Origin: a virus
Taxonomy: Duplodnaviria > Caudoviricetes
DNA: 64,000 nt
IMG/VR virus record: IMGVR_UViG_3300013426_000016
Coordinates: 128,001-192,000 of that record
Strand: one strand, 5' to 3'
Position numbers and translations under genes: made by a program. A model generated the notes under the pieces. It had not been told where the DNA came from, did no database searches, and saw nothing but the letters and a program-made list of their open reading frames with translations. This document shows positions 12,251-25,690 of this stretch, piece by piece. Each line of letters begins with the position of its first letter. The first letter of the stretch is position 1.

Positions 12251-13909
12251 CTATGAAGTTGTATAGAAAGTTTTTATTACCAATTTATTTGTTGTGCTTA
12301 AAGTTACTCCGGACCAAGAAACTGTTGCTTTATTTGCAGCAGTAGAATCTAACAGAATACTACAAAAACATTCTATTCCATTGAGGTATGTTTTAATAGT
12401 CTTAATTTTATAAGTACTAATAAGTGTAATAGCCTTTGATGTGCCAGCAGTTAAAGTTTCCTCTTGACATTTGATAGAAGTTTTATCTGCATTAGAAACT
12501 GCTGTACTTATAGCAGTGTTAATTCCAGAAAGTTTTAATCCCCCTGTTCCTACAGTAAGATAACTTTCAGAAGCACTGTCTATTTTTACTGAAACAGTGT
12601 TGCTACTAACAGAAATACCATTTCCTGCAACAATAGAAGTTAAGAAACTAGCCCAACCACTTACTTTAATTTCTTGACCTGCTATACTTATAGTACCCGC
12701 AGTAGAGCCAGTAGCAATAGGAATAGAAACAATCTTACTAGAGTCTCCAGTATAAGATTTATTTCCTACCTTTATTGTTTCTATAGTATTTACCTGTGCC
12801 CCCTCAGCAATACCATTTAGTTTTGTTACAAGATCATCTGTAATACCAGAGTTAATAGCACTCCACTGAGTTGCTGTAAAAGAAGAATTATTCAGCACAT
12901 ATTCTTTTTTCCAAACATACTCTTCGTTTTCTACTGTATATTTATATCTAGCGTACTCCGGATTCCCATCTGAACTTGTTTCTATAACAAAAGCATAATC
13001 ATTAATTTTAAGATCAGAAATATCCTCTGTAGTAGGCAAATCCGATACTTTTTCATAAGTACCTCTAAAGGTAGCTGTATTAGTGCTTACAGAGCTATTA
13101 ATTTGATCTGTAACCCAAGATTGATCAGCTAACTTATTGGTCTTAGATGCTGTAGTTGGAATTTTAGATTTTATATCTGTAATTCCAGTAGTAAGAGCAT
13201 TTAACTGATCGGTTAAAAGATTAATATCACTTATTTCTAATGTAGGGAGGTGAAGTTTAGCTATTTTATATTCTTTATAAAAAGCAATATCCTCATTGGT
13301 ATCTACATTATCATTTCGCAGAGATTCCCAAACTAAAGCCAGAGATGTACCTCCACCGCTTCCAGCAGTATCATCTTTACCCCTAGCACTAATAAACTTG
13401 TCTGAGTAAAATCCAGCATTAGTGTGAATATTACCGTCTTTATCTATTTCAAAATAAGGTTTGACTGCTCCGGTAGAAGGATTTTCTGGAAGATCGAATG
13501 TTATTGTTCCTCCTATAGATTTGTCACCATCAAAAGAATTTCCTCAAAGATTTACTGCTTCTTTTAGTTTAAGTGCTGTTTTTGCAGAACCGTTATCAAA
13601 GTATCCTTGTACTGTCTCTAAAGCCATTTTAGAAGCAACGTCTGAAATATTAATTGTGCCATCAGCGTCAGCTTTCCAAGTATCTACTTTTTCTCCATTT
13701 TTTTGTATAGTAAGAGTACCTATATTAGGTATATCTGAAGTAAATGCAAAGGTTTTTGCTACATTATCGGTGATTCCTCCGTAGTATTTACCACCAACAT
13801 AGACAACTCTTCCTGCAAGCAAAGTACCTGGAACCTCAGTGAGAGTATCTATTTTAAAGTTTTTTATTTCGTGGTTAAATAAATTTATATCTGTTAAAAA
13901 TTGTGACAT
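12251..13909 (-). CDS. Tail fibre protein, 552 aa (1 TGA=Trp)
   Basis: Read-through gives NL[W]GNSFDG, a common Bacteroidota phage fibre motif. KLNGIAEGAQVN repeat; frame open from 13909 to 12251. Confidence 0.8.
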
Positions 13910-13913
13910 ACTG

Positions 13914-16900
13914 TTATACTATATAAACTCTTCCTGAGGATAGAGAATCCCCGCCTCAAGAAAGAGAAAGATTATTTTCATCTGTATATGTAATTCTTAC
14001 AAACACTTCTTCTCCTTTAGAATCGATTGTTGTTACAGAAGGTCTTTTTCCTAAATTATGACTTATGTTCATAATATAAGTAACTCCGTCTTCTTGTAAC
14101 GTTCCATTTATAAGATATTCTTGGCTAAAAGCTGTGCCTGTAGGTAAATTTTCTTTTGGTATTTTATTGTTCTCATCTAAAGTGGGAACATTTATATTTC
14201 CTTCTCCAAGTAAAGACTCATTATTAATTGTCTTTATATTAGAACCACTGACAAGTTTTTCTTGCTTAGCTGCTAGAGTGTTACCAAGATTTAAAATCTT
14301 TTCTATTGGAATACCTTCTGGTATATGTGCAACATTAATAGTTACATCTAAAAAAGGATCCTGGTTTCTTTGTAATGCAGCTCACATTTCATCCTCTGAA
14401 AAACTTCCTCCACTTCCACCAGAACTTCCTCCAGCATCTTTACCACGAGCAGAAATAAATCCTTCAGCCCATAAGCCAGAATAAATAGGATTTAACTTTA
14501 AAGTCTTCGTACCATCTGTTTCTGTCTGTATTAAGAACATTTCAGAAGCAGTATTTCAAGTAGTTTTATCAGCTTCAGTTAATAAAGAATAATTCTCAGC
14601 AAAAGTAAGTTCTAATGTGCCACTACTTGTAATAGGACTTCCTTCAACAACAAATCCTTCTGGAACAGAAAGCGCAACACTAGTTACAGTTCCTTCTGGA
14701 ATAGTAGGTTTATTAACAAGATCATTATAGTCTCCAGTAGTAGCTACTGTTGCAAGATCACTTAAAGATACTTTACTAGAAATAAGAGTATTTAAATCAG
14801 ATAGAGTTTTAGATAGATTATTAATTTTATCCATACTTAATGTTGGAATATGACCAGCATCAATAGTATGATTTATAAAATCACCTTCATTTTTCTCTAA
14901 AGCTGCCCACATAGCTGCTTCAGAAAATCCACTACCACTTCCTCCAGCGGTAGTATCCTGCCCTCTAGCAGATAAATATCCTTCTGTTCATAATCCTTTA
15001 TATTTAGGATTTAATTTTATAGAATTATCCTCTTGGATTAAGAACATTTCAGATAAAGTATCTATAGTTGTTTTATCATCCTCGGTAAGTAAAGAATAAC
15101 CACTCGATAATGATACCCCTATAGTACCAGAAGAAGTTATAGGAGAATTTGTTACACTAAAGCCTGTAGGCATAGAGAGTCCCACACTAGTAACAGTTCC
15201 TTTGGGTCCTGCATTAATAGCGTCGCTAATAGTTTGTAAATCCCTCTCTAAGTTTTCAATATGACTTTGGGGAACATTCTGTATGTGAGCATTATCAATA
15301 GCAGTACTATTATATGCATCCTCTACTGCATTTGTTAGAGACTTCCATACTGCATCTATATTTGTTCCTCCCCCACTACTACCCCCACTGGTATCTTGGC
15401 CTCTAGCAGATAAATAACCATTAGTCCAAGTACTATAATTAAACTCAACAGAGTCTATTTCAGAAGTATCCTCACCATTAGTATCTTTCTTAAAGTGTAT
15501 AGTAAAGATTTTACTCCAAAAACCAAACTCAGCTTGTACAGAGAGAAACATGCCCACTATCTGAGAAACCAGGGTATCTCCCATAGTTACATCATCGCTA
15601 ATAGTTAGTTTAAATTCTCCATCAGCGTCTTTTCCTCAAGAAATCAATCCTCCTCCTACTCCACCATAACCATTTTCATCCCAATATATGTTTCCGCCCG
15701 CTTCATAGCCAGAACCATCGTGTCTAAATATGGTCATGGCATAATCGTCTGCATCATAGGTAAAAGTAGAATCTTTTTCCGCTTTTGCTTTTAGGACATC
15801 TAAATCTTCCATAGGTCCACCATACCAAGCAGCAATAGCTTTAGGATTATAAACTCCATCTACAGTGTCTATACCACTTATACCAGCAGTAAGTATATTT
15901 TTACCTTCAGAATCAACTCCTTTCGTATTTCCCAAGCCTATTCAATTAGTAAGAATAAGACCTCCAGAAATAGTAGTAGTTCCCTTTTCAAGGGCTTCTT
16001 TTATATAACCATAATTATCATTTAAATAGGTCTGAGCAGCTTTATATATAGCCTGTTCTATATATTGATTTGTTTTCTCTACTTCTGTGCTATATGCTCC
16101 TAAAGCCGAATTAAAGCTATTATATGCTGTCTCATAAGCTGTAACTAAAGTAGCTAAATTAGAATTAGTTTCATTAACCTTAGTAGGACCTTCATTTATA
16201 ATAGCTTGTACAGCAGCTTTTAATACTTGGTAAGCTCCTGTATTTTCTTTATATAAAACTAAGAAAGCATTTGTTAAGGCTTCTTTTGTCGCAGTTGCTT
16301 CAGTAGTTCCTAAATACTCATTTTTAATAAGAGTTCCATAACTATTAACAACATCTTGCATTTCACTAGCAAGAGTTTTTAAATAAGTTTCTAAAGAACT
16401 TATTTCATCTAAAGTAAGAACTCCATCCTTTAAAGCAGTACTTAAATAATTATTTATCTTTCCAGCAGCACTGCTAGCTTCTCCTGCTTCTTTCTTTGCT
16501 TCTCGTGCAATTAAAATAGCTTCTGCTGAAGCGTGATCCGCAACTTCCACCCATTGGTAGGTTCCGTCTTTAACTGTAAATCGATATGCAGAACCTTGTA
16601 AAGTACCCTCTACTATATAATATAAATCACCGTAATGGGCATTATATGTATCATCATAATCAGCAACCACATAAGCAGTACCGTTCCATTTAAATGTAAT
16701 GCTTTGGTAGCTTCCTATAGTTCTTATTTTGTAGTAAGTATTTGTATCTGGAACTATAGCGTTTCCAGAACTGTCTTTTAACCAAGTAGCAGATTTTTCA
16801 GTTGCGCCTTCTACTATATAGGCATCTAAGCAAGGATACCATTTATTTGCTGGCCAAGAACTTAAAGTAGGTAAAGCATGCTTACTTGCAGCTGGATTAT

Positions 16901-18038
16901 CATTTTCTTCATCATCTGAAAACCAAGCTTGTACTTCATCATCTATTTGCTTTTGTAAGTTCTCCAGCATATTATATGTATTACCGCCAGTAATATTAAC
17001 TTGGCCAGTAATAGTCAAACCTGTATCTGGATGATAATCTAGAAATTCACTTCCTTTGCCTATATGGAAAGCTCCATTTAAAAAGTCTAAGTACTGTAAG
17101 CCATCAGCAGTCTTAAATACATAAGCTGTGATTTGTCCAGGGAGGATTTCTGTAAAGCCGTTCATGTACCCCACACTCCTGTCTCCATCTGTAGCAGAAG
17201 TAATTATAGCACATAAAAGATAATAATCATTCCCCACTTCAGATTCAAAAGAGGTTTGTGAAAGTACAAATTCTCCAACTCCAGAACCTTTAAGGTCTTG
17301 ATTATTTGCTATAGCTTCTTTTATTTCATCGTCTGTATATGGATTTCCAGAAGCATTTAAATATTTAGGAACTTTTATATACAAATAATAAGAAGCATCT
17401 GGATTATCGAAAAATAGTCTTGTGTCTTTATATGTTTTACCAGAAACAACTCTTTCTATATCACCTTTAATTGCCCATCTTGCATAATAACGATAGTCGA
17501 GATTTGGTTGTACTGCTTCTGGTCCGTCTAATTTAGTATGTAATATATAACATTCTGGGCAAGTAAGTGTTTCTGAAACAACATTTACTCCTGGAGCAAC
17601 AACTAAAAAACCGTCTTTTGTAGTACCAGTAACTGGTTTAAGGTTTGATACAAAATTATATTGTAAGTTCTCAGAACCTACAACTAATTGCATTGTACTA
17701 ACTGTTATAGGATTTATAGATTCTGTAAATCCTTCTAACTTAGCATCTTCTAATAATCTTTTAGTTTCTTGTAAATCTTCCCAACCTCTTTTGGTAATAT
17801 AATTATTTAAAGAAGCTTTTAAATAGGCTTTTGTCACATATTTAGAAAGATCTGGAGATTCTGGTATATTAATATCTGGCTCTACTGGCTGATTAATAAT
17901 AGTAGTTGTTCCATTCTCTTGGTCTCTAAAATGTAATTCATAATACCTATCTGCTACTTTAACATATACTTTACCAGCTGTTTCTAATACTAGGTTTTTA
18001 TTCTTTTCTCCTAGTACGTCAGCATTATTTATACTCAT
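13914..18038 (-). CDS. Tail fibre/tail structural protein, 1374 aa (6 TGA=Trp)
   Basis: Four ORF pieces in one frame. GTVTSV..PITSSG repeats and ISARG.D.SGG modules; C-terminal HNLGKRPSV domain; TAA at 13914. Confidence 0.8.
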
Positions 18039-18658
18039 TATTCTATAAGTTTAACGTGTCTTTGTTCTTTATTTTCACAGTACGGATTCTGCTGAACAAC
18101 TTCTACAGTAATTACAGTATGCTTCTTTTGGAAGAGTCTTGCCAACCAACATTTCTTTGGTGGATTTATAGTTTCTTTCTTAGCTGAAGCTATAATGATT
18201 TCTTCGTTCTTAAACGAGTAGTCTGTAATTATCTTATTCGGGTATTCTAATTGTAAGCGCATACTAGCTCACTGATCCGTTAAAGTAGTATCTATTTTAA
18301 CCTCTTTTACAAAAATAGTATCCCTTATTAGGACACTATCTACTTTATTGGTTTGAGAAGCTATATATTGTAACTCCTTTATATTTTTATCTTTAATTCG
18401 TAAATCCTTCCTTACAGCATTTAATTTCTGTATTAAAGAGTCTTTACTATTATTTAATTGATCTATAGTAAGTAAAAATTCTCTATTCTCCTTACTTATT
18501 TTTGAGTTTTCATATTCATATGCTTTAGCATTATTCGTTGCATATTCTAATTCTATTTGTGTTTTCTTTAATCGACTTGTTGATATACTTGTATATACTC
18601 CAAATCCCACGCAAATGGCAAATAAAGCTAAAATAATATAGTTTTTTATTTTTTCCAT
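18038..18658 (-). CDS. Membrane-anchored coiled-coil protein (spanin-like), 206 aa
   Basis: N-terminal TM helix and coiled coil; TGA at 18269 read through joins ORF 18038-18262. Confidence 0.6.
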
Positions 18659-18746
18659 GTATAAGTGTTTTGGAGCAAATATACAAATTTTTTTACCTAT
18701 TTCCAAACAAAAAAGGAGTGCAGTTATTCACTCCACTCCTTTATAA

Positions 18747-18941
18747 TTAAATTAAAACGATATCAACAATCTCTTCTATTTCCTCTGCACTTAATTGGGT
18801 ATTATTTATATAGTATAATATACCAAGTATACCAAATAAATGACAGATTCTTTTCGTATTATACGTGTATCCTATCTCAAGATCTTTTAACTCTTTTAAA
18901 TAGGTATCTAAGTAATGTTTTTTAAGCTTTTCCACAACCAC
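18747..18941 (-). CDS. Hypothetical protein
   Basis: Short ORF overlapping the upstream stop and followed by a terminator hairpin at ~18710-18743; start uncertain. Confidence 0.5.
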   Translation of the reverse strand: MVVEKLKKHYLDTYLKELKDLEIGYTYNTKRICHLFGILGILYYINNTQLSAEEIEEIVDIVLI

Positions 18942-19629
18942 AGTCTGTATTTTCTATTTCTTCTTTTCCACAGACGCTACCACAACTCATAACTGTATCT
19001 AGGACACGCTGTGCATCGGAGAGTTTATTTTGGTCTACTAGCATTTCTACTGCATATAAGCTCTCAAGGAGAAATTTAAGTTCATAATTCTCTTGCTTAA
19101 TACACCCAAAATCACAGCCTTGTTTTTTAAACTCCTGTATTTCTGCCTTTAAATGCTCTAGAACACAGTTCTTTAATGCACAATAAGAAAATATAGAAGC
19201 TTTTCCAGAATAAATATCTGACTGCTCTGTATCAAGTAAAACAGAATAATCTTCTATTAAAACCAAACTATCTTTATCGACAGAAGAAAGATCGGCTTCT
19301 GAGAAATATACCTCGTTATCTAAAATAAAATATTTATTTTCAACTTTATATGCAGAACCTTCTTTATAAGTTTCTATAGAAGGTACAAGCACCCGAACCA
19401 TACTCTGTAGGCCATTAAGACCTTCAAAGGGTTCTGAAGTTTTTAAAATAGAGTCCTCATTACTTGTAATTGGAGTAACTCGTTGCTCTACAACTGCATC
19501 GTCTTGTTCAACATATTCTACTAAAGAAAATTTGCTAACGTCAGTGAGAGAAGCGTAATTACTACTATCTTCCAAATAAATTTCACAACTAGGAGTACTC
19601 TTTAAGGTAAGAACTAATTGTTTATCCAT
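18922..19629 (-). CDS. Portal-adjacent structural protein with C-terminal Cys cluster
   Basis: 235 aa ending CGSVCG...DCGCGKA; coupled to the portal stop. Confidence 0.6.
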   Translation of the reverse strand: MDKQLVLTLKSTPSCEIYLEDSSNYASLTDVSKFSLVEYVEQDDAVVEQRVTPITSNEDSILKTSEPFEGLNGLQSMVRVLVPSIETYKEGSAYKVENKYFILDNEVYFSEADLSSVDKDSLVLIEDYSVLLDTEQSDIYSGKASIFSYCALKNCVLEHLKAEIQEFKKQGCDFGCIKQENYELKFLLESLYAVEMLVDQNKLSDAQRVLDTVMSCGSVCGKEEIENTDCGCGKA

Positions 19630-22049
19630 TATGCTTCTTTAATTTTATCATTATATGGGTTATTATCATTTAACTGAGCATACTCAAGTTCAGTTTGCTT
19701 TTCTTTATTTGCAGCAATTCTATCATTATAAGTTTTGTCATTAAATACTTTCTGAGTATCAAGATCAAGTCTCTTCTGCTCAAGAGCCAGCTTTTCAGAA
19801 CTATTCTTTTCAACTTCTTTCTGTAATTTATTATTATTATCAGTAAGAGAGTTAATTTGCTTAGAAGCCTCTTGTAATTGCTGTGACATTTCTTGTAATT
19901 TCTGTTGTAATTGCTGAATTATATTATTCTCTTTCTTCTTAGCAGAAACCGCAGAGTTAACATAACTCTTAAGTTCAGTAAGATTCTTAGCTGAAATAAT
20001 ATTAATCATCATTTCTGGATCAGCTTGTCCAGATTTTACAAGCTCTATACTTATTTGCTTAAGCTCATTAATCTTTTGGAAAACCTCTGTACTATCCTGT
20101 ATGTGTATATCAAAATCAGTCATAGTGTAATACTCAGGTAAAGTAGTATATATTTGGTTTAACTCTAAACCATTAATAAGAGTACCACAAATTCCTGTTT
20201 TAAAGGCTATTTTAGCTTGGTTTAACAAATCATAATTAACTTCTTTATAAAGAAGATCCATCGCTGAAAAATACTGCTTTGTAAGCAAAGTAGACTGTCT
20301 AATTCCTACTTTTACATTACTAACAGCATCTCTTTGTTGTATTCCTCCCAGTTTCTCTGCAAATACACCAGTAATAGAACTAGCTTGCTGCTCTATACTT
20401 TCTAGTACATACTGAAAAGCTTGTATACACTGAGCTTTAATAGTATCGTCATACCCATTAAAAGTAGTATTAATTAATTGGCTCCCTTCTTGTGAAGAGT
20501 CGAATAATGCTACTCCTTGTTTTTTATATGCCATCCACATTTGTACTCTATCCGGTAGTTCTTCGCCAAGATAAGTAGGTAAATGGGCAGCATCCAACCA
20601 ATCTCCAACAGTTCCAGAAGAAGCAATTAAACTATCCCTGTAGAAGATGGTAAGATCATATCTCGTTTTGTTCACGTAGTTTCGCTAAGACTACGCCGCT
20701 TTCGCTGCTGCATATTTCTATGCAGTCCAGACTATATCATAACATTTCTGTTTCCCGTGCTTCGTAACGCTTGTTACTATAATTAGTCGTTGAACCTTCC
20801 CCAAAAAAGGGCTCGGCTGCTGGTTGTCTTCGTCTTTTCTCGTTAAGAGTTCCCAGCAATTCTCGGGATTTACCCAGGACTAGATAAGTCAATCCTGCAA
20901 GTCCATAGTACTCAACATAATACTAAATGGCATTCCATTCTTATCTTCAAAGAAAATACCATTTATAGAAAGAGAACATTCTTTAGGATTACTAATACTT
21001 CTTATAACAGTTTTAGATTCTCCTCGTACTATGTATATTTCTCCTCCTATACGAACTCCTTCATGCCTATAAAGAGTACCCTCTTTATATTCAAGCCATT
21101 CACATTCGTAAACTTCCCAAACTTTAGCATTGGTAATTATTCTATCCTTATTTTGCATAGGATATACTTCCAAACCGCCTAAAATACCAGGAGCTTTTCT
21201 ACAGTCAAATTCTCCTTTCTCATTATATGGAGAGTATGCAACCGTAGTAACATAATGGTCAGTTAGTCTATTTGTCGAAGAACTTTCTTTTAAAATCTCT
21301 TTTGCTTCTGAAGAAAGTTCATCTCCAAACTCAGCAAGAATTTGTTCTCTATTTAAATATCTACGAATAACCGCTCTTGGAGATTTATTTAAATAATACT
21401 CATTAGGATTTCTTTCTATAAAGGTATCTAATGGATTTAATATCTCTAACTTAATAGCTCCATTTTCAGTTGCTTTCGTACGATAATAACAAACTCCAGA
21501 AATAAGAAGGTCTGTTAATAACTCCCTCATCTTATTTTTTAAATCTATATTTCTAGAGTTTTTAATATAATTTAAAATATTTTGTGCCGCTATCTCATAT
21601 TGAGAAACATAGTTTTTAGAAACATCTTCCTTAATTTGATTAATTTCTTCTTCATAATAAGGATCATTTACAGCACTCTTATTTTCTAAGAAGATTTGGA
21701 TTAAAGCATTTTTAAGTTTCGCTTTAAAGTGCTCTAAAACTGCGGCATCTATCTTTAATTGTTTGTCTCTCATTATATCTGAAACTGTCTTCCTGTCCTT
21801 ACAAGAGATCTGTAGTTCTGGATCGAGTTCCAAATACTCTCCCACTAAAACATCTATATGCTTCTTTATTAAAGGAGTAAATCCTATAGAAGTAGGAGTA
21901 CCGAGACCATAATTATCTTCTAGATGCTTGAACTGCTCTTTGTCTCTAGTACAGTGGTAGTAATTATAAGCTTTCCTTAATTGTACTTTATCATATACTA
22001 ATTCAGAAATACAAGCATTAATTTTTTCTATTTCTTTGTCTTTATTCAT
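19629..22049 (-). CDS. Portal protein, spliced (exon1 22049-20892, exon2 20663-19629), ~730 aa
   Basis: KAYNYY..R, FTPLIKKHIDVLVGE and SSITGVF.E.LG motifs of crAss-like portals; downstream of TerL; splicing gives MDLQD|RYDL. Confidence 0.85.
20664..20891 (-). mobile_element. Group I intron (no ORF) in portal gene
   Basis: P1 CAGGAT/GTCCTG with U.G; P10 TATCT/AGATA; core TTGCTGGGAA, CAGCAGCCGAG, GTTCAACGACTA, GATATAGTCT; terminal G at 20664. Confidence 0.93.
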
Positions 22050-22317
22050 AATCACTATCCGCTTGTTCTAATATTGTTTTATAAAAAGACACATAATTAA
22101 GAGTTCTAGTTCTTATTTCTTTCGTAATAAAAGCTAGAAACTCTTCTTCTGTGCCTTGCATTCCCATAATAATAGGGGAGTGTTCAGTATCTAAATACAT
22201 AAAAAGAGTTCTAAGTGTTCCACCAGGTAAATCCTCAGTTTCTACTTTAATTTTACCTATGTATTTACACTTCATATTCTCTTCTATAATATTTCGTATT
22301 TGTGTTTCTATATTCAT
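22042..22317 (-). CDS. Small hypothetical protein between TerL and portal
   Basis: 91 aa ORF tightly packed between terminase and portal. Confidence 0.65.
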   Translation of the reverse strand: MNIETQIRNIIEENMKCKYIGKIKVETEDLPGGTLRTLFMYLDTEHSPIIMGMQGTEEEFLAFITKEIRTRTLNYVSFYKTILEQADSDYE

Positions 22318-22319
22318 AT

Positions 22320-24527
22320 TTAAGTAGGTATAACGCCTCTACGTTTAATACCATTTTCGTCTGTATATCATCCGAAGTTTTTCCACTGAGAAGCAGTTGC
22401 TTGTACAGTAGATGGAGTTATTCCAGTCATATCCTCGTCTCCCAGCTCAACCATCTGCAACGCTGCTATAATATCGAACTTTCTCTTATACTCATAAGAG
22501 TAATTCAACATTTGCTCTAGCATTTCTTTAAAGTCTATAGTATGCCAGAAATCATTAATAAAGCTGCCAACTAATTCAAGACCGTGATTAATAACTGCTT
22601 CTGTAGAAGGTACACCTATAAGCTGCTTACCTGTATTTCTTTTATTTGTTACTGCGAAATCTGGACGTTTCATAAACAAATGGCCCATATTCCTGTCTCT
22701 AAAGTAAGTTTGTATAGAGATTTTCGTATACTCAAGTAATGCCTTACAATTATACCAAACTAGCAATTTCATAGCCATATCATAAGCCTTACGTATATCA
22801 TCTGGACGTTCTTTATACATAGCTACGTATCTAGGTTCATTTAACCCAAAGACTCTCTTCTTAATTACTATACAGAAATCTGATACATCTTTACTTGTAG
22901 CAGAGTCTCTAGAACCCATATCGATAGCATCTATACCAGCAACATAAAGATTTTTATATGGTTTGCCTTCAGCATCTAAAAGAGGGGGTTCTACAACAAA
23001 TAAGTTAGATGAAGCACTTTCTACAGCCTTAACCTTAGAGTATTCTTTGCCAGCAGTATTATCCCATAAAAGTTGTGTTCTAATCGGCTTAATATAATTA
23101 TTGTTTGTTTGTATCTGCACTAACCTTTCGGAAATAGCAGCTGCATCGAACATGTTTCCAGCATGCTTAGAAAGTGCCTCTCTAGGTGTAAAACAGTGCT
23201 CAGCGCATTCATTTAAGTAGTCTTTATCAGTTAACTTAGAACGCTGAGCATCATAGTATTTTTTAAATTCTTTATAATTAGTAACTCCTCTTTTATCTAA
23301 GTACTTGCTCACCAAAGCAAATTTATGAGCAGGTATAAAGAAGCCGGATAGCTCTGGTTTTCCATCGTCAGTATCTACATTCTTAAATTTCAGAACATTA
23401 TAGCCATCCGGATTATTAAATATATTTTTTAATCCTTCGAGAGAAATATCGTCTCCACCAGTTCCGACTGCTATTCTGGTTCCGAAATGTTCGCCTCCTA
23501 AGGAAACAAGAGCGTCTCCTTTAATCCAAGATTCTGTAAGTTTCGGCGCTGAACCAGCCTCATCATAAATAAGTCTATCAATTCGCTGTCCTCTGACTTT
23601 ATCAGAAGTATCCGCTACTACAGTATTAATTTGTGACATCCATCCATACTCAATTCCATCTGGAGTCTTTAAAGATGCTCTTTTTGTATCATTATTATTT
23701 ACTGCCAAACGAGCATGCCTCATTCCTCCTCCAGTATTCATATTTAGTCAGTCTAACTGTTTTCATACTTTTTCTCTTAAAGGGGCAAGTTTATTTTCAG
23801 CAGCACAAGTAAGCATTACATTATATCCTTTATTTGTAGTATATGGACGTACTGCAAGAGATGCTAACATCTCGCTAGCGCCCAAACCACGGGCTTTTAA
23901 TAGACAAGCGTCTTTATGTAGCTTCTCGGCCATTTCCAAATAATGGAAAAATTCATACTGCTTGGAGAGAAATCCAGGGAAAGATTCTGCACGTCCAGTA
24001 CCAGAAATAGCGCCTTCTTTAATTACAAACATTCTATAGTAATTAATAAAGAAGTAATGATCACCAGTAATACGATATTTTCCAACTGTATAGCCCTCTC
24101 TACATCTTCTAAACTCTTCTGTTCAGAAATCTTTATTTGCTTTACTTCCTTTAGGAAACTCGGTATATTTACCAGTCCTGTTATAGGTCTCGCCTCTTTC
24201 TCTAAATGGAGTAGGATCGAAATCAAGTCCTTCTTCCAAATTAATAGGCCTATAGCCAGTTATTTCATAAGAAAGATCCGGATCAAAATACTGTATCTCT
24301 TCAGTTAAAGGAACATCTCATTCTTCATTTGGACGCTTTTTATGCACAAATACAGCAGTATTTAAGTAAGTATCCTGGGCTTCTTCTTGCTTTCCAGATT
24401 CTTCAAATAACTGTTTCTTTAATTCCTCTTCCCACTTTTCACTGAAAGAAGGTAAGGCTGGTTTCTCTTCCTTTTTTGGTTGTTCCTTAGAAGCGAAATC
24501 CTTATAAGTAGGTAATCTTCTAGGCAT
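22320..24527 (-). CDS. terL: Terminase large subunit, 735 aa (5 TGA=Trp)
   Basis: Three ORF pieces in one frame. ITGDHYFFINY, LKARGLGASE (Walker A region), LIYDEAG (Walker B), VAGIDAID and KFD nuclease motifs. Confidence 0.9.
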
Positions 24528-24529
24528 AA

Positions 24530-25108
24530 TTAAGCATCAAATATTCCAAGTTCACTATCTCCACGTACCTTTGCACCAGCTTCTGCAAGATTCTTTTTAT
24601 GTGTAACTTCAAGCTCTTGTAACTGAGTACGCATCTTAGCAATTCCACCTAAGTCAGCAATAACGTCTTTTGGTTTATTTAAAGGTCTTCCTTCAGAATC
24701 AACTTCTTCAAAATCAATATTATCAAGATGAACTTGCATTTTATGTAGAGTTTTATATGCTGTTTTAATAAGTGCTAAGATAGGATCTGCGTCTTGCATT
24801 TCTTGGTATTTGTGATAAGCATTTAAGAAAGCTTCATCTTTAAGATCGTTCTCTGTTAAACCAGAGTCAATCAAAGCAGCAGAGTGCTTGTCACGTTCCA
24901 AATACTGAAAATAAGGAGATTTAAAATCTAGCACCAAATATATGTAAGTAAATTCTTTATACGCTTTTAATCGCAACTTTCCAGTCTTATCTTCTTTGCA
25001 TTTATTTCTACTTACATCTCATAAATCTTTAAACTCTTTTACAAGTAAAATGCTATATTCATCTATCCTTAAAACATTTTCAGTATTATCAAATATGAAA
25101 ACGTTCAT
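24530..25108 (-). CDS. Conserved TerL-upstream protein (possible small terminase), 192 aa
   Basis: ATG 25108 is in frame through one TGA (KDL[W]DV) with ORF 24530-24976. Confidence 0.6.
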
Positions 25109-25689
25109 TACTTTCTCTTCGTCTTATCTACAATATTAGTGGTATCGTTCTTATGATTATTCATAATTTCTCTCCAGTTCTCAAGAAGCTCTTCTGGAGC
25201 CATTCTATTTCCCCACAAAAATCCTCTCAACCAATTTGGAGAAGTTCTGTTAGGATCCCAGTAAGTATTTGTGTCAGAGCGAGTAGTGGTAGTATATCTA
25301 ACACTTCCGTCTGGATAGGTCTGACGCTCTTCTACACTATACTTATATGGCTTAACCATTAAAGTATCTCCTGGAGCTTTAATTATTTTATAAAACTTAC
25401 TATAATCAATAGGGCCACCGTCTTGGAACTTTCTAAGACCATAAGCAAGTTTACCTCCCTCTCTAAACAATCCTGTCTGAGATTCAAAGGCCTTAAATAA
25501 ACTCTGTACTACCTGATTTCCTTCCTCTGAAGAAGCGAGTTGGTTAAGTATATCCACAACCGTTTCTGCATTCTGAGCTTCCATAATAGGCTTTACAATT
25601 TCCTCTGGGAGTTGATCTGCATAATTACCAATATTCTGAGGAAGCCAATTAATGAAATCAGACATTACTTTTTCTTGATTTTCGTTCAT
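25108..25689 (-). CDS. Hypothetical protein with FREGGKL/FQDGGPI motifs
   Basis: 193 aa ORF in the operon. Confidence 0.6.
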   Translation of the reverse strand: MNENQEKVMSDFINWLPQNIGNYADQLPEEIVKPIMEAQNAETVVDILNQLASSEEGNQVVQSLFKAFESQTGLFREGGKLAYGLRKFQDGGPIDYSKFYKIIKAPGDTLMVKPYKYSVEERQTYPDGSVRYTTTTRSDTNTYWDPNRTSPNWLRGFLWGNRMAPEELLENWREIMNNHKNDTTNIVDKTKRK

Positions 25690-25690
25690 A

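Noticed and set aside
3481-18038. Diversity-generating retroelement targeting tail fibres
   Set aside because: No reverse transcriptase and no TR/VR pair differing at adenines was seen by eye.
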